Shown piece after piece: positions 1-12,052 of a stretch of 64,000 bases of DNA. Both the position numbers and the translations under genes were made by a program. Where the stretch lies: the NCBI RefSeq assembly GCF_009914755.1, contig NC_060936.1. One strand, given 5' to 3'. The notes under the pieces were generated by a model. That model ran no database searches. It had not been told where the DNA came from and saw only the letters and a program-made list of their open reading frames with translations. How positions within the stretch are numbered: position 1 is the stretch's first letter; every line of letters begins with the position of its first letter. Source of the DNA: the human T2T-CHM13v2.0 reference genome, Homo sapiens.

Positions 1-451
1 AATCAGTCACAAATGTGAGAAAAAGAGAACCTATTGTCATCCATACTGCAATGTATGAAAATAGGTACTTTCAAAAAGACATTTATTTGTAATAATTCAT
101 ATAGACACCATCACTTTTCTCTAAATGTCATTTGCATTTCAAAGAATTTCTGTTTGAAAATTTGTATCATAGGCTGCTTAATTCATTGCAGTATGAAGGA
201 AAATGACATACTATTTTCCTTGATACTGCACATTTATATGGACTTTCCCTTGTAAACTGAAACGCTACTCTTTTACTTATTACTGACATCTTTTTCAGTC
301 ATTTAATTTATGATATTTTGTGAGTAGTTGCTCATAGCCCTTGGTTTCTAAAGCATACTACAACCGTTTTCTCCAGTCACGCATGCTAGAATGGCACTGA
401 AGCTGCTGAACTTCATGCGGATTCATTTGTACCTTGATAAGCGTCACTTTT

Positions 452-822
452 GTTTTGTGCATTTTTACTTTTATTGGTACATATTAGGTGTATATATTTA
501 TGGGTACATATTGGTGTATATATTTATGTGGTTCATGAGAGATTCTGATACAGGCATACAATGTGTAATAATCATATCAGGGTAAATGGAGTATCTGTTG
601 CCTTAAGCATTTATCATGTCTTTGTGTTGCAAACATTATATATTCTTTTAGTTATTTAAAAATATAGAATAAGTTATTGTTGACAGTAATCATCCTATAG
701 TGCTATCAAATACTAGATCTTATTCATTCTATCTAAATGTATTTTTGTACTCATTAACGATCCACACTCCCCCTACCCCTCGCCACTACCCTTTCCAGCC
801 TCTGGTAACCATCATTCTACTC
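452..822 (-). mobile_element. L1MA-type LINE-1 3' end fragment
   Basis: Antisense L1MA 3'UTR text (…gatacaggcatacaatgtgtaataatcatatcagggtaaatgg…cccttt ccagcctctggtaaccatcattctactc). Flanked by TSD agcgtcactttt (440-451) / agcatcactttt (823-834), one CpG-type mismatch. Confidence 0.85.
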
Positions 823-1039
823 AGCATCACTTTTTAATGCAGCATTAACTATGATGTCAAGCTTTCCAAAGTCACAGCCTCGTCTCTGGCTTCTTAGGAA
901 ATATTTTCATTTTACTCTGCTATCCAAATGTTAGTTTAAAATAATTTAAGGAAAAAACCTTTATACAAAAATCAACTCTAGAAGTGAAAAAGAAAGCCAC
1001 TCCTTTTTCTACAATGCCCATCCCACCTTCACCTGTTCA

Positions 1040-1347
1040 GATCCTTTAAGCTTTATCCCAGATCCAACTTTATTCATAAAGTCTTTGCTAGCTATCCCTT
1101 CCCCACCATTCCTCCTTCCCAATTCTTTTTCTGTAGAAATGCTTGTGTATTTTAATTATCTGGATAATTTCTTTTAATTATCTGGATAATTTATTTGTAT
1201 CTCCACTAAGTTGAAAACATATAGAAGGCAGGTCTCGTATCTTATCCTGTGTTCCAGCTCTCTCCCTGTACAATGCTTTATGCATGATAAGAATTAAATA
1301 GTAGTTGGATGAATGAATACAGCAATTAATCAATGAATGAATAAATA
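1040..1347 (+). mobile_element. L2 LINE 3' end, degenerate
   Basis: L2-like 3' motifs ending in a (TGAA)n-type tail gatgaatgaat…caatgaatgaataaat; boundaries approximate. Confidence 0.55.
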
Positions 1348-1397
1348 GTTATTCCGAGAAGGATTCAGTTACGTTTGTTCATCTTTTGGAATCATTT

Positions 1398-2256
1398 CGA
1401 AACAGGAAATGTTTCCTTGTCCCCCTCACAGGGCATGTGACAGCAGGAGTGGCTTACGTCTTCAATGCCCCGCTGCTGAAACCTCTAGAGGGATCATGCA
1501 GATGGGCAGGGTGTGGAGCTTCGACCCTACAGCAGCATCTAGGGTTGAGTATTTACAGCTCCTGAAGCTCCAGTGGGCGTGTGTTACAGTGTGTTCTTTT
1601 AGTTTTGCAGTATGAAGGTGGCTTGTGTTAATCAGCTCAGTTAGACCCTCTGCCTTATTGCAAGGGCAGAGGGCTTTCTGTATTCTGGGTTCTCGCCTTG
1701 GTTCCGGAAAAATCGAGTCACATGTGGGCTTGGAGGATGAGTGCAAGGTTCTTTTGAATGTTGGAAGTACCTCTCAGCAGATGGATGGGGAGCCATAAGG
1801 CGGAAAGGTGATTTTCCTCTGGAGTTGGGCCGCCCAGCAGCCAGACTCTCCTCTGACCTCCCTGGCTAGATTCCCCTCGGGTCCATGTCGTTCTGCAGTC
1901 GATGGCCTGCCGGTGTCTGCAGGTGCCTGTCAGTGTCCTCTTCTGCTGGTGTGTTCCTTTCGACGTCCAGCCGCTTATGTGTTCCTTTCGACGTCCAGCC
2001 GCTTGTGTGTTCTTCCGCCAGTGTGTTCCTCTCGATGTCCAGCCATTTTTGTCTCTGCCTGCTAAGGTCTCGGGGTTTTTATAGGCACAGAATGGGGAGG
2101 TGGTGGGCCAGGGTGGTCTTAGACAATGCAACATTTGGGCATGAAAACATAAATGCCTGTCCTCACTAGGTCCATGGGCACAGGCCCAGGGGTGGAGCCC
2201 TAGCCAGGGACCCCATCTTTCTCTACACAGCACTTCCCTGCCCCCTTCCTGTATCA
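1398..2256 (-). mobile_element. Solo ERV1 LTR, LTR1 family (HUERS-P2-associated)
   Basis: Starts TGATACAGGAAGGGGGCAGGGAAGTGCT on the minus strand; other end is (c)gaaacaggaaat on plus. 4-bp TSD ATTT at 1394-1397 and 2257-2260. TATAAAAA on minus at 2083-2076. GC/CpG-rich against the flanks. Confidence 0.85.
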
Positions 2257-2929
2257 ATTTTATGTATAAAACAAGGGGTTGGGAATGGATGATTTGTGGA
2301 GTTCTATGTCTAACATAGCATTGTCCATGTGAGAAAAATCAGTTAAAATAAAATATTTTTTATGGGTTTATAGTTCTCAGTTCAAAGTGAACAATTCAGA
2401 GTAAAAAGCAGGGAAACATAAATTATCAACAAAATACTAAAAATATTTATCTTTTTGCAAATAATTAAAAGAAATGCCATAAAATTCCATTCTAATCTTC
2501 TGTGTATCCACAAGTCTGTATGGATTCAATGGCAAGAATAGAGAGAGACACTGTCTCTGCTGACCATAGCTATCTTTTCTGTAGGTTTAGTGAAACTTCC
2601 ACTTTGCTAAATGACCTTGGCCTAGGATTTGAGCACTATAAGCACTGTTTTCAATATAATTTTGGTTGATCTCTTTGGTTAGCAAACATATTAATCAAAC
2701 ATCTGATATCCCAATAAGCCTCTGTGGTAAGCAAAGTTGTATTTATAGGGATGTTTTCACCATGCCACTTATCAGATTAAAAATGTTTTCAAACAAATGT
2801 AAAGAATGCCTGGTCAGCAGTTAAGAATATTTCTAAATGTTAAAAAGAAGTATATGTAGAGTTATTTTAGCTTTTGGGAAAAAAAGAAACCCAGAACTGA
2901 AGTAAATAGCAAAATCGAACAAGGTAGTT

Positions 2930-3330
2930 ATATTAGAGAGAATTAGACTTGGCTGCAAAAGCAGTAAAGTCAACATAACAATAGCATAAAGAAGATAGAC
3001 GTTTATTTCATTTTCATGTAAAGGAAATCTGGAGCTGAGCAGTCCATGTATGGCTGGTAGGGAGACTTCAGGAAGTTTCAGGGAACCAGGCTCTATTTTG
3101 GTTGCCATCATCGATTTGTGGCTCACACCTCATAGTCTTGAGTAGATAATTGCACTCCACTTAATTAAAAAGATACACCCTGTTTTATTAAATATTCTTC
3201 CACACTGGCCTCGTTATAGTTCCAAGGCCTTACCTTGCTCCAATGGAGACTGAAAAATGTAGTATTTGTTCTAGGCAGCCATGTGCTCAGCTAAGAATTA
3301 TGGGTTCAATTTCTAGGAAAAGATACTATT
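2930..3330 (-). mobile_element. Old MaLR LTR (MLT1J/K/L-like)
   Basis: Antisense MLT1 motifs: ttggctgca…aagatagacgtttatttc…, gagactgaaaaatgtagt…ggcagccatgtgctcagctaa. Confidence 0.6.
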
Positions 3331-5193
3331 GATAGTACCCACAATAGACGACTGTCATTAAGAAACATTTATGTGGGGTACTCTGCTAGTCCTTGTACCA
3401 AACAGTTTTATGATCTGGTTTGAGAGAACAAATTTACATATGACAGTGTCAGAAATGTGTGTTCAGTTGTCACTCCCTTCACCTGTTGTTTCAATTAGTG
3501 CAAATGCCATCATTCCAGTCATCTAATCCCGAATTCCTAGACTAATATCTGGTAAAGTACATCACCATTTCACATCCTATAACTTGCCAGAAGTTGAGAA
3601 TTTTACTTCAGTATTATAGCTTGGGTTTATCTTCTTCTGCAATTGCTCATCCTTTGATGGCCTTTAAAGTTTCCTATCAATTATTTCAGTGATTCCAAAT
3701 TGGTATCGTCTCCTCCTGTGTCTCTCTACCCACATCCATGCAGCATATTCACCATCCTGCTTAAGAAGAAAACTTTATTTGCTTCTCATATCTTATAATG
3801 TCTTCATTCAGGCATTCTTGTCTCCCAGTTGTCACTTTCTCTATTTCCATCATAGCTCCATCTAGCTGCTACATCCCAGATGTCTTCTTCCTGGGTGTCC
3901 CAATTTCTTCAGAATGTTTAGTCCCACTGTCCTTTAACAAATAAATAATACTAGTTCCAGACTCTATGTCATATGCAGTTGGAAAATCCTCCACAATATT
4001 TCAAGGGCTTATGTTTTCCTTAGCTATATCTTGTTCTGATTTCTTTCTTATCTCAAATTTTCTAATCTCTCTCATATGGATTTGTTTTTCCATTCTTCCT
4101 GGGCATACACCCAAATGAAGAACAGAGTCACTTTGCCTTGGAACCTTTACTTAACATTCTGGAGGTTAAGGTTAAGAAAGAGTGTTCTATTTTGTCACAG
4201 CTCAGCAAACAACATCCAATTAAGCATTAAACATCCCTGTTCATGAAAGTTTCTTGGCCATACTTACTGTGGAGCACTTCCTGGCTTTTACATCTCAATC
4301 CCCAGTCTCCTTCCAACTTGGTCTGCCACCTTTCTTTTACTCCTATTTTCATTTCCAACTTCTTTCCAGTCTTGGGCTCACTCATTCCTTCCCTCTCAGA
4401 TTACTTGTGCAAACTCAAGATTCTGTTTTACATTATTATGGAAAGCAATTATTTTTTGTGGACAAGCCTTGTATTTTATAGAAAATTTTTTACTTTATTC
4501 TTAAAACATTTCAAAGAAAGTATTATAATCTACATTTACAGAGAAATAAACAGAGAGAGTAGGAGTCATACATAGGATCACACAGTTAACTAGTAACAAA
4601 ATCCAAAATTTGAATTAAAGTTTGTTCAAAGGAAGACTTTTTTCTATGTTATTTTATTTATACTTTCTCTTAATGATGTAACAGCAATATTTTTTCTGGG
4701 TTTACCCTATCATCCAAATCTTACCCACTATTTAAGATTATTTCAAAGGTCAAATAAAAGTATAGACAAATTGGTGTGGATGCTATAAGGGAGGAGAGAT
4801 TACATCCGCTTGGGGCAATCCAAAGAAATTTATTCAAAGAGTAGAGGCGTTTATGTCCATGGTAGAATGTATGCTTATTTAATTCCTATTCACTCTGCTA
4901 GTTAAGGGCAACCATGGTAAGAATTATTTCTTGCTGTTGTGTTCACACAGAGCTGGCACTAATGCTTTGAAAACAGAAAATACACAAAAACAGTAGTTAA
5001 AATAAATATTTAAAATAAGCATAAATAATATTGTCATGCAAATGTATTGTATAAATAGTATTGCTAATGTGGACAATTCTTTTGCAGAATGTTAGGGCTG
5101 AGAGAAATTGTATATGAATGGAGCATTCAGAAAAGACCGAATTTTTGAAATTTAATGAGCAGATAGGACTCAGATATATAGAGTAAAAACATT

Positions 5194-5270
5194 CTTTTGA
5201 GGAAAAGTTATGTAAACTTTTAAAGTTTAAACTTTAAACTTTAAAAGTTTACATAACTTTTCCTCAAAAG
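5194..5270. repeat. Perfect palindrome: 38-bp arms, 1-nt spacer
   Basis: 5194-5231 cttttgaggaaaagttatgtaaacttttaaagtttaaa is the exact reverse complement of 5233-5270 (checked base by base). Confidence 0.95.
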
Positions 5271-5402
5271 GGAAGTAAACAACTATAAATGAAGCATAAT
5301 ATTTATGGAAAACAGCAGGTAGACAATGGAGAAAGATCTTATGTAAGAATGAGACCAAATGACACTGGTAATGATATTTAGGAGAAATCATTGCAGACAG
5401 GT

Positions 5403-5660
5403 CTAATATTAACCAATGTTTAGAGAATGGCTGTATGTCAGGTACTGGGCCAAACACTTCATAGAGTATTCCATTCAGTCCTCACAATAGCCTTATGGCA
5501 TAGGAATTATTATTCTTCCCGTTTTACAGATGGAGAAACTGCAGCTTAGAGAGGTTAAATTACTTGCCAATATCTCAATGCGAGAATGTGGTAGAATAGA
5601 GATTCAGACTAAGGCTGTATGGTTACAGAAGACATTATTCTTAACCAAGAAACTACACTG
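5403..5660 (-). mobile_element. MIR SINE, near full length
   Basis: Core cccgttttacagatggagaaactgcagcttagagaggttaaattacttgcc. Confidence 0.9.
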
Positions 5661-6746
5661 CAGCAATAAATACTTCTTTCGGGGTTAGGGAAAGGGAAGG
5701 AGGACTACTGATTGACTTAATTAATAGTAGGGTTTGTTTTAGGTATTAAATTAGCATTGTTGGTGAATTGTAAATCAATCAGTGGTTGTGTGAAGTGCCT
5801 AGAATTATCAGGAGAAGACAATTAAGTTGACACATGGTCTCTACTGCATTGTTTGAGTAACAGAAATAAATAAAAGGAACCCCATGTTAGAAATATAGCA
5901 GCAGATGTCAATAAAGTAGATCACTGGCTCTGGCCTCCAGCTGTTTCCTTCTTGGAGAAGTTGCCTGATTGCTGAGGACTGTCAATGCTCCTGTTGGCTT
6001 GCTCACATGGTAGCATTTCCAGAGCTGGCCAGGCCTACAGCTGCATAGGTCAGCTCTTGGGTCCCCAGACGATTCTGCTTTTCTTGCCTGTTTCTGCTGT
6101 GCTTGCACATTTAGTTATTTGTATTTAAAGAAACATGATTATTTCTTTTTCTAGTTATAACTCTCCAGGTTTCACAGTTAAACTGTCGTGGTCATTTTAA
6201 TTGTTTTTGCTTTTGTGGTAACAATGGTCGGAGAATGTTGAAATAATGCTGGAATTTTAACATTTTCTCTACTGGCAGAAGGCTCAGCTTTTCATTATTG
6301 TACATTTATTGCTCTTGAGTAACAATTGGTAGAAATGTGGCCATCAGTATTATTGTCTATTATTTTAGTTCATGCTTTACAGTGTCTTTAAAGGCTTATA
6401 TTTCATGCTTTGAACTGGAAATTATTAAAATTGTTGATGCTAATTACATGATTAAATGTTGCTGAAAATTTCATACAACTTTTTAATTTTTTTGAAAGTT
6501 TCAGTATTTTGTGTGTTTTTGATGCCAATTTGCCGAACACATTCTTCTCAGTTTCTTTTTTTCTTGTGTCGTAGACATCTTTCTTTCCTTTAATAAAAAC
6601 TAAGACTCTAAATATATTGTTTATAGAAACATAAAGCCAATAGATATGTCATTAATTTTCAGGCAAAATAATTGCTACGTGTTTGATATTTATGCTATCA
6701 AATCACCAACAATTATCCATATCCAATTTTGAACTTGAAAGATTAA

Positions 6747-6900
6747 GTGGTATAATTAAAAGAATATTGTATTAGGAGCTCAAATTTTGAATTAAACTTA
6801 TGCTAGATCCTAAAAGTGTAAATCATTTAAACTCTCTGGACTTCAGTCTCTGTATTTGTTAAAAAATGAAATGAAATGAGGATAATAGTTGCTTATAAAA
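6747..6900 (+). mobile_element. MIR fragment
   Basis: tcatttaaactctctggacttcagtctctgtatttg…aatgaggataatagt. Confidence 0.65.
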
Positions 6901-7014
6901 CTTTTCTAAGAGTAACATTTTTATCTCCTCCCTTTCTCTTTCTTCCTGATTTTGTTCCATTAGTGATCCCATTTCTCATATTGTCAATGTCTTCATCCCC
7001 AATGCATCATTGGA

Positions 7015-7229
7015 CCAAGATGTTTCAGCCTTGGCACCAGTGACATTTAGAACTGATAACTCTGTATTAGGCATAGGGATAGAGTCTGTTATGAGCAGCG
7101 TAGGATATTTGGCAGCATGTCTATCTCTATCCACCATGTACCCTCCAGGTTTCACAATTAAACTGTTATGTACCAGTGGCATCCTTTGTATTTGAGAAAG
7201 GCAAAATCAAATACAGTTGAGAAATGCTG
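7015..7229. mobile_element. MER20 (hAT-Charlie) DNA transposon
   Basis: cttggcaccagtgacattt…gtaggatatttggcagcat…ggcaaaatc…cagttgagaaatgctg matches the remembered MER20 layout. Confidence 0.75.
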
Positions 7230-7469
7230 CTTTAGAATCAGCTTCCAATAATGCTTTGGTCTTTACTAACTTAAATCATAGTAATAACAACAACAATAAT
7301 AATTTTCTTCACCATATATCAATTGCTCCATATTTCCTATTTCACAGAGACATTTCTTGAAAGCACAGTTTATGTTCATGGTCACTGTCAAGCTTTGCAT
7401 TTGCTTCACTTTTTTTGATCTCTGACTTTTGGAAAACTCTGACTTTTGGAATACTCCAATATTTACTAG

Positions 7470-7645
7470 CAAAATGACTTTGGCAAGGCAGTTAATACTT
7501 AAGTCTCAGTTTCTTCATCTTTAAAATGAGGATAATCATGTAAATGAGCACAGAATTTTTGTGAAGATTAGAAGAGATATTGCTTATAAACTATATGTCA
7601 AAAGAGGGCCTAATACATAGTTGGTGGTCAACACTTATTACCTAC
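7470..7645 (+). mobile_element. MIR fragment
   Basis: tgactttggcaagg…aagtctcagtttcttcatctttaaaatgaggataat. Confidence 0.75.
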
Positions 7646-7719
7646 TAGTATTATAATATTATAAAAGTATCTGATACTTTCACATAAAAGTGCATAAAAT
7701 TAATAATTGGTAGTGGAAT

Positions 7720-8370
<651 letters not shown>

Positions 8371-9431
8371 CAAAATAAAATATATAAAGAGCCAGTAAAT
8401 GGGTGGGGGACATTTCCAAAATACAGATGAGGAGAATATGATGGAGCAAGGTTTTCACTAAAGTACCAAGCTCAAGAGCAATGGAAGAGGGACAAATCTA
8501 GTAAAACAGGCTATAGATGTTTGGATTAAGCTATTAATCATCAGCAATCCAAAAATTCTATATCTTGGAGGATAAATACATTTTCTTCACTCAGAAATGT
8601 ACAGTTTAGTTGGAAGTGATAATTTGTGTGAACTGGGTAGCAAGTAGTAGTTAAAATTAAGGATTATTACTAACACTTTTTGAGTGCCTCCCACATGCTG
8701 GAAGTTATACCCAAGCTATAACTCTGGTCAAACAGCCGTAGCAACTGATCTCAGAGAGATGCTAGGGCAGAGCTGGAATTCCAACCTAGGTCTATTTGAC
8801 TTCTCTGTCCTTACTCTCTGAGTCTCCCTCTCTGATGTTTCCTCACAACAATGTATAGACAATCAGCAGTCAAAATCAATGTTATTCTTTACTGTCTTTG
8901 TGGATACTGAGTCACATAATAAGAAAACAAAGAAAATAATAAATTCTTACCAGGAGCACTGAATTAATCTTTGACAAATTTCACTTTGGACTCTTCTGTC
9001 TCTGCAAATCCCACTGTTACTTCATTTTTCTGTAAGAACTGTTTTACTTTGGATTACTAGTTACTGGGTCCAATACAGAAATTTGATATCTGTGGTAGAG
9101 TTCATTAATTGGTTACATGGAGGACCTCCCCTCTGCAAATCATAGAATTATTTGTTAAAATGTGTTGCAATTCTGCCTGGAAAAAAAGTCACTAGATGAA
9201 AGAGTCATGTAAAAATGTAACATTTTCCCAGTATAACAACGTGATGCCACCTCCATAAACGAAAAGCAAAAACAAATAAATAAAAACTATGGGCTATCTC
9301 TTCTTTTTGCTGTATTTTGATATTGTAAGTAACTTTTCTGTAAAACTGAAAACCTGGAGTGGGCAGGTTCAAAATTTTTCATAATGAAATGTGACCAAGC
9401 AAATTTTATATGCAATCAAAATGGCATTGCA

Positions 9432-10008
9432 CTAGTTAAGGTAATGCTAACTTCTATAACAGATAAAACCTAGGTCTCAGTGGCTTAACACAATAGAAAT
9501 TTATTCTCCACTTTTTTAATGCTCTCATATAGTTAGGGGTTAACAAACTATGACCCAAAGGCCAAATTTGGCCTGGTGCCCAGTTTCCTAAAGTCAAATC
9601 TTGTTGGAACACAGCCCTGATGCTGGTTTATGCATTTCCTGTGGCTGCTTTTATCCTATAATGGCAGAGATGAGTAGTCACAATAGAGACTATGTGGCTT
9701 GCAAAGACTAACATATATACTAACTGGCCATTTATAGAAAATGGTTGCTGACACATATATATGGTAACAAAGAAACTAGGTTCCCTCCAGTATATGGTTT
9801 CATCATCTCACCTCTAGCCAGCCATCAGTGAAAGAGAGAAAATGGAGGATTGCATAAGAGGCTGGGAATTCCACATATCACTTCCACTCTATTTCATTGG
9901 TCAGAACTCAGTGAGATGATAATACCTAATTTCAAGAGAGACTAGGAAATATCATGTATCTGTGTACCCAGAAATTACGGGAAATAGTTTGGTAAACTAT
10001 TAGCCAGC
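9432..10008 (-). mobile_element. Old MaLR LTR (MLT1K/L-like) split by MER58A
   Basis: tctcagtggcttaacacaatagaaatttattctc … atcacttccactctatttcattggtcagaactcagt…gagactaggaaat. Confidence 0.7.
9534..9756 (+). mobile_element. MER58A (hAT-Charlie) nested in MLT1
   Basis: taggggttaacaaactatgacccaaaggccaaat…ttggaacacagcc…tggcagagatgagtagt…gttgctgac; degraded terminal inverted repeats (TIRs). Confidence 0.85.
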
Positions 10009-11390
10009 ATATAGTTAGCTAGAAACTGGCTATTTAGTCAGATGTTCAAGATTAAGCAAAAATTCACCATTTAAAAAATAGTCTAAGGTGCTCAGATTGT
10101 CAATAAGTTGTCCAGAATTACAGGGATATATCTTTTAAAGCAAAACACTGAATAAGAGAAGAACCATAATGACACTCAAGTTACTAAATAAAGATCTTGC
10201 AGTTAACCCAGCTTTTAAAAGTAGACCAGGTCCAGATATACACAAATACCATATAAAAAGCTCACTGTGGTCTGTTTCCCACCTTAGGATCTTTCTAGCT
10301 ATTTTTAATTTCTTCTGTTCCAACCTGCTCATCCAGTCTCACATCCTGAAAGCAGGTCTCTCTCTTGGTCCTGCACCCTTGCTTCAACTTGCTTCAATAC
10401 CTGTTATTAGCATTATTTTCTTGCTGGACCTGGAAACTCTCTGTCAGAGCTGGGAACCAGAAAGGCCAAGACTGTGTACGATCTGAATTGTAGAAGAGAA
10501 GTTTAACAAATCGGGTGAAGTCAAGTATCCAGCAAGAAGGAGGCATTGGCGGGATACTAGATGATGCCAAATAGGTGACTGCATTGTTGTGTAAGGAGGT
10601 GTCCTCTCTCTTGGCTTGGAGGTATTGTGAAACTTCTGTCAGCTCATTGCAAAGTGGTTCCAAGGGTCACCGAGTGGGAATGTGTGAATGGATCACTGGA
10701 AAACTCAGCATCAAAAGAAGAAGCTCATATTACAATCCTTTCAGACCATGATAAGCACATATAAAGAATATTACACCGAACAATCTCTTTTTAAATGCAA
10801 GGTGAATTTCTAAGGTAATTTGTCTGTAGATTTAGTTGTGGTATAAGACTATTTGTATCCAGGTTTCTCCTTCTCTTCAGCAGTGTTCATTGTTTAGCTT
10901 CAGCTTGGATCAAGTTAAATTGCTCACTTTTTAGGCTTAAAAAATGTACAGATTATATATTTCTCTTTATTGTCCCTGAATGCTCACATCTTTCATATAA
11001 ACTTGCTGTACCTTTTTTTTGGACAATTTATTGAATTTCTACAGGGTGATATTTTTGCCAGAACTTTTTATGTTATTATTTTGACTCATATATTATTTGG
11101 ATTCTGTTTCACATTTCTTTTCTCCTCAAAGCACCTGCTTTTTATACTATTTCTTCCTTCCTTTGGCTAGCTTTTTGATATCCACACTTGTGTGTTGCCT
11201 TCCTCCATTGAATACAAGGTTTACTATTATCTCCAACAATATGTTCTCTCAGCTATTGTCTTCTGATTCCAGCTAGACCTATTGTATTACAAAAAAAAAG
11301 ACTATTTCGGTAAATGTAAACCCTTTCAGTTACCACTTCCAGGTCTGCACTGTGGACCCCAGGTAACTTTCCTTGTTTTTGTTAATCATT

Positions 11391-11423
11391 TGTGTGTGTG
11401 TGTGTGTGTGTGTTTGTGTGTGT
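11391..11423. repeat. (TG)n microsatellite
   Basis: Directly visible. Confidence 0.95.
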
Positions 11424-11464
11424 ATCTTATAGGCATTATAGAAAATATACTTAGAAAAACAGAT

Positions 11465-11618
11465 TGAATATAGATTCCTAAAAAGAACCTGGGGTTCTTT
11501 GAATATTAAATTCCTATTTTTTTTTTTTAGGAATCTATAGTCATTTTAGGTGTCTTTTTAGGTTCTTTTTAGGAATCTATATTCATTTTTTCAATATTAA
11601 ATTCCTATTCAATATTAC
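11465..11618. repeat. Inverted + direct repeat mosaic
   Basis: 26-bp perfect inverted repeat at 11465-11490 / 11560-11585; 17-bp direct repeat at 11502-11518 / 11594-11610. Confidence 0.9.
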
Positions 11619-11717
11619 CTAGAAGCCACAGAAATGATTATAATGCAGATTTTAAACAATCATAGCTTTTACTGTAGGTCTGGATGTAATTGTTTTATTT
11701 AGAACAGGTTTGCCGTC

Positions 11718-11810
11718 TCTAATTGTGACGATCAAAAATATATCCAGACAATGCCAATGCCAAACATCTCACAAAGGGCGGGGGGCATTGCCCCAGTTTA
11801 CAACCAATTT
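11718..11810. mobile_element. MER20 fragment
   Basis: ttgtgacgatcaaaaatatatccagacaatgccaa…cattgccccagttt. Confidence 0.65.
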
Positions 11811-12052
11811 AGACCCTGTCTTGTTTAAAAAAAAAAAAGATTTAGTAGAATTAAAAACATACAAAATATATAAAATTTCAAAACATATGCAAATAAAATG
11901 GGATTATATGAAGAAAAGAACACTAGAAAAGGATAAAGCTAGAGGAAAGGCCGATACATAAAATTTTTGCTGTGCAATTCTGTACAGTGGCTAGGGGTCG
12001 TCCACACATTTGGATCTGAGCTGTTGAGCTGTTAAGATTAAGTGAGTAATGT

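Noticed and set aside
1950-2049. 28-bp repeats superficially like a CRISPR array
   Set aside because: Head-to-tail with no unique spacers, inside an LTR, eukaryotic context and no cas genes.
1409-2257. ORFs up to 179 aa
   Set aside because: They lie within the GC-rich solo LTR and show no recognisable protein motifs.
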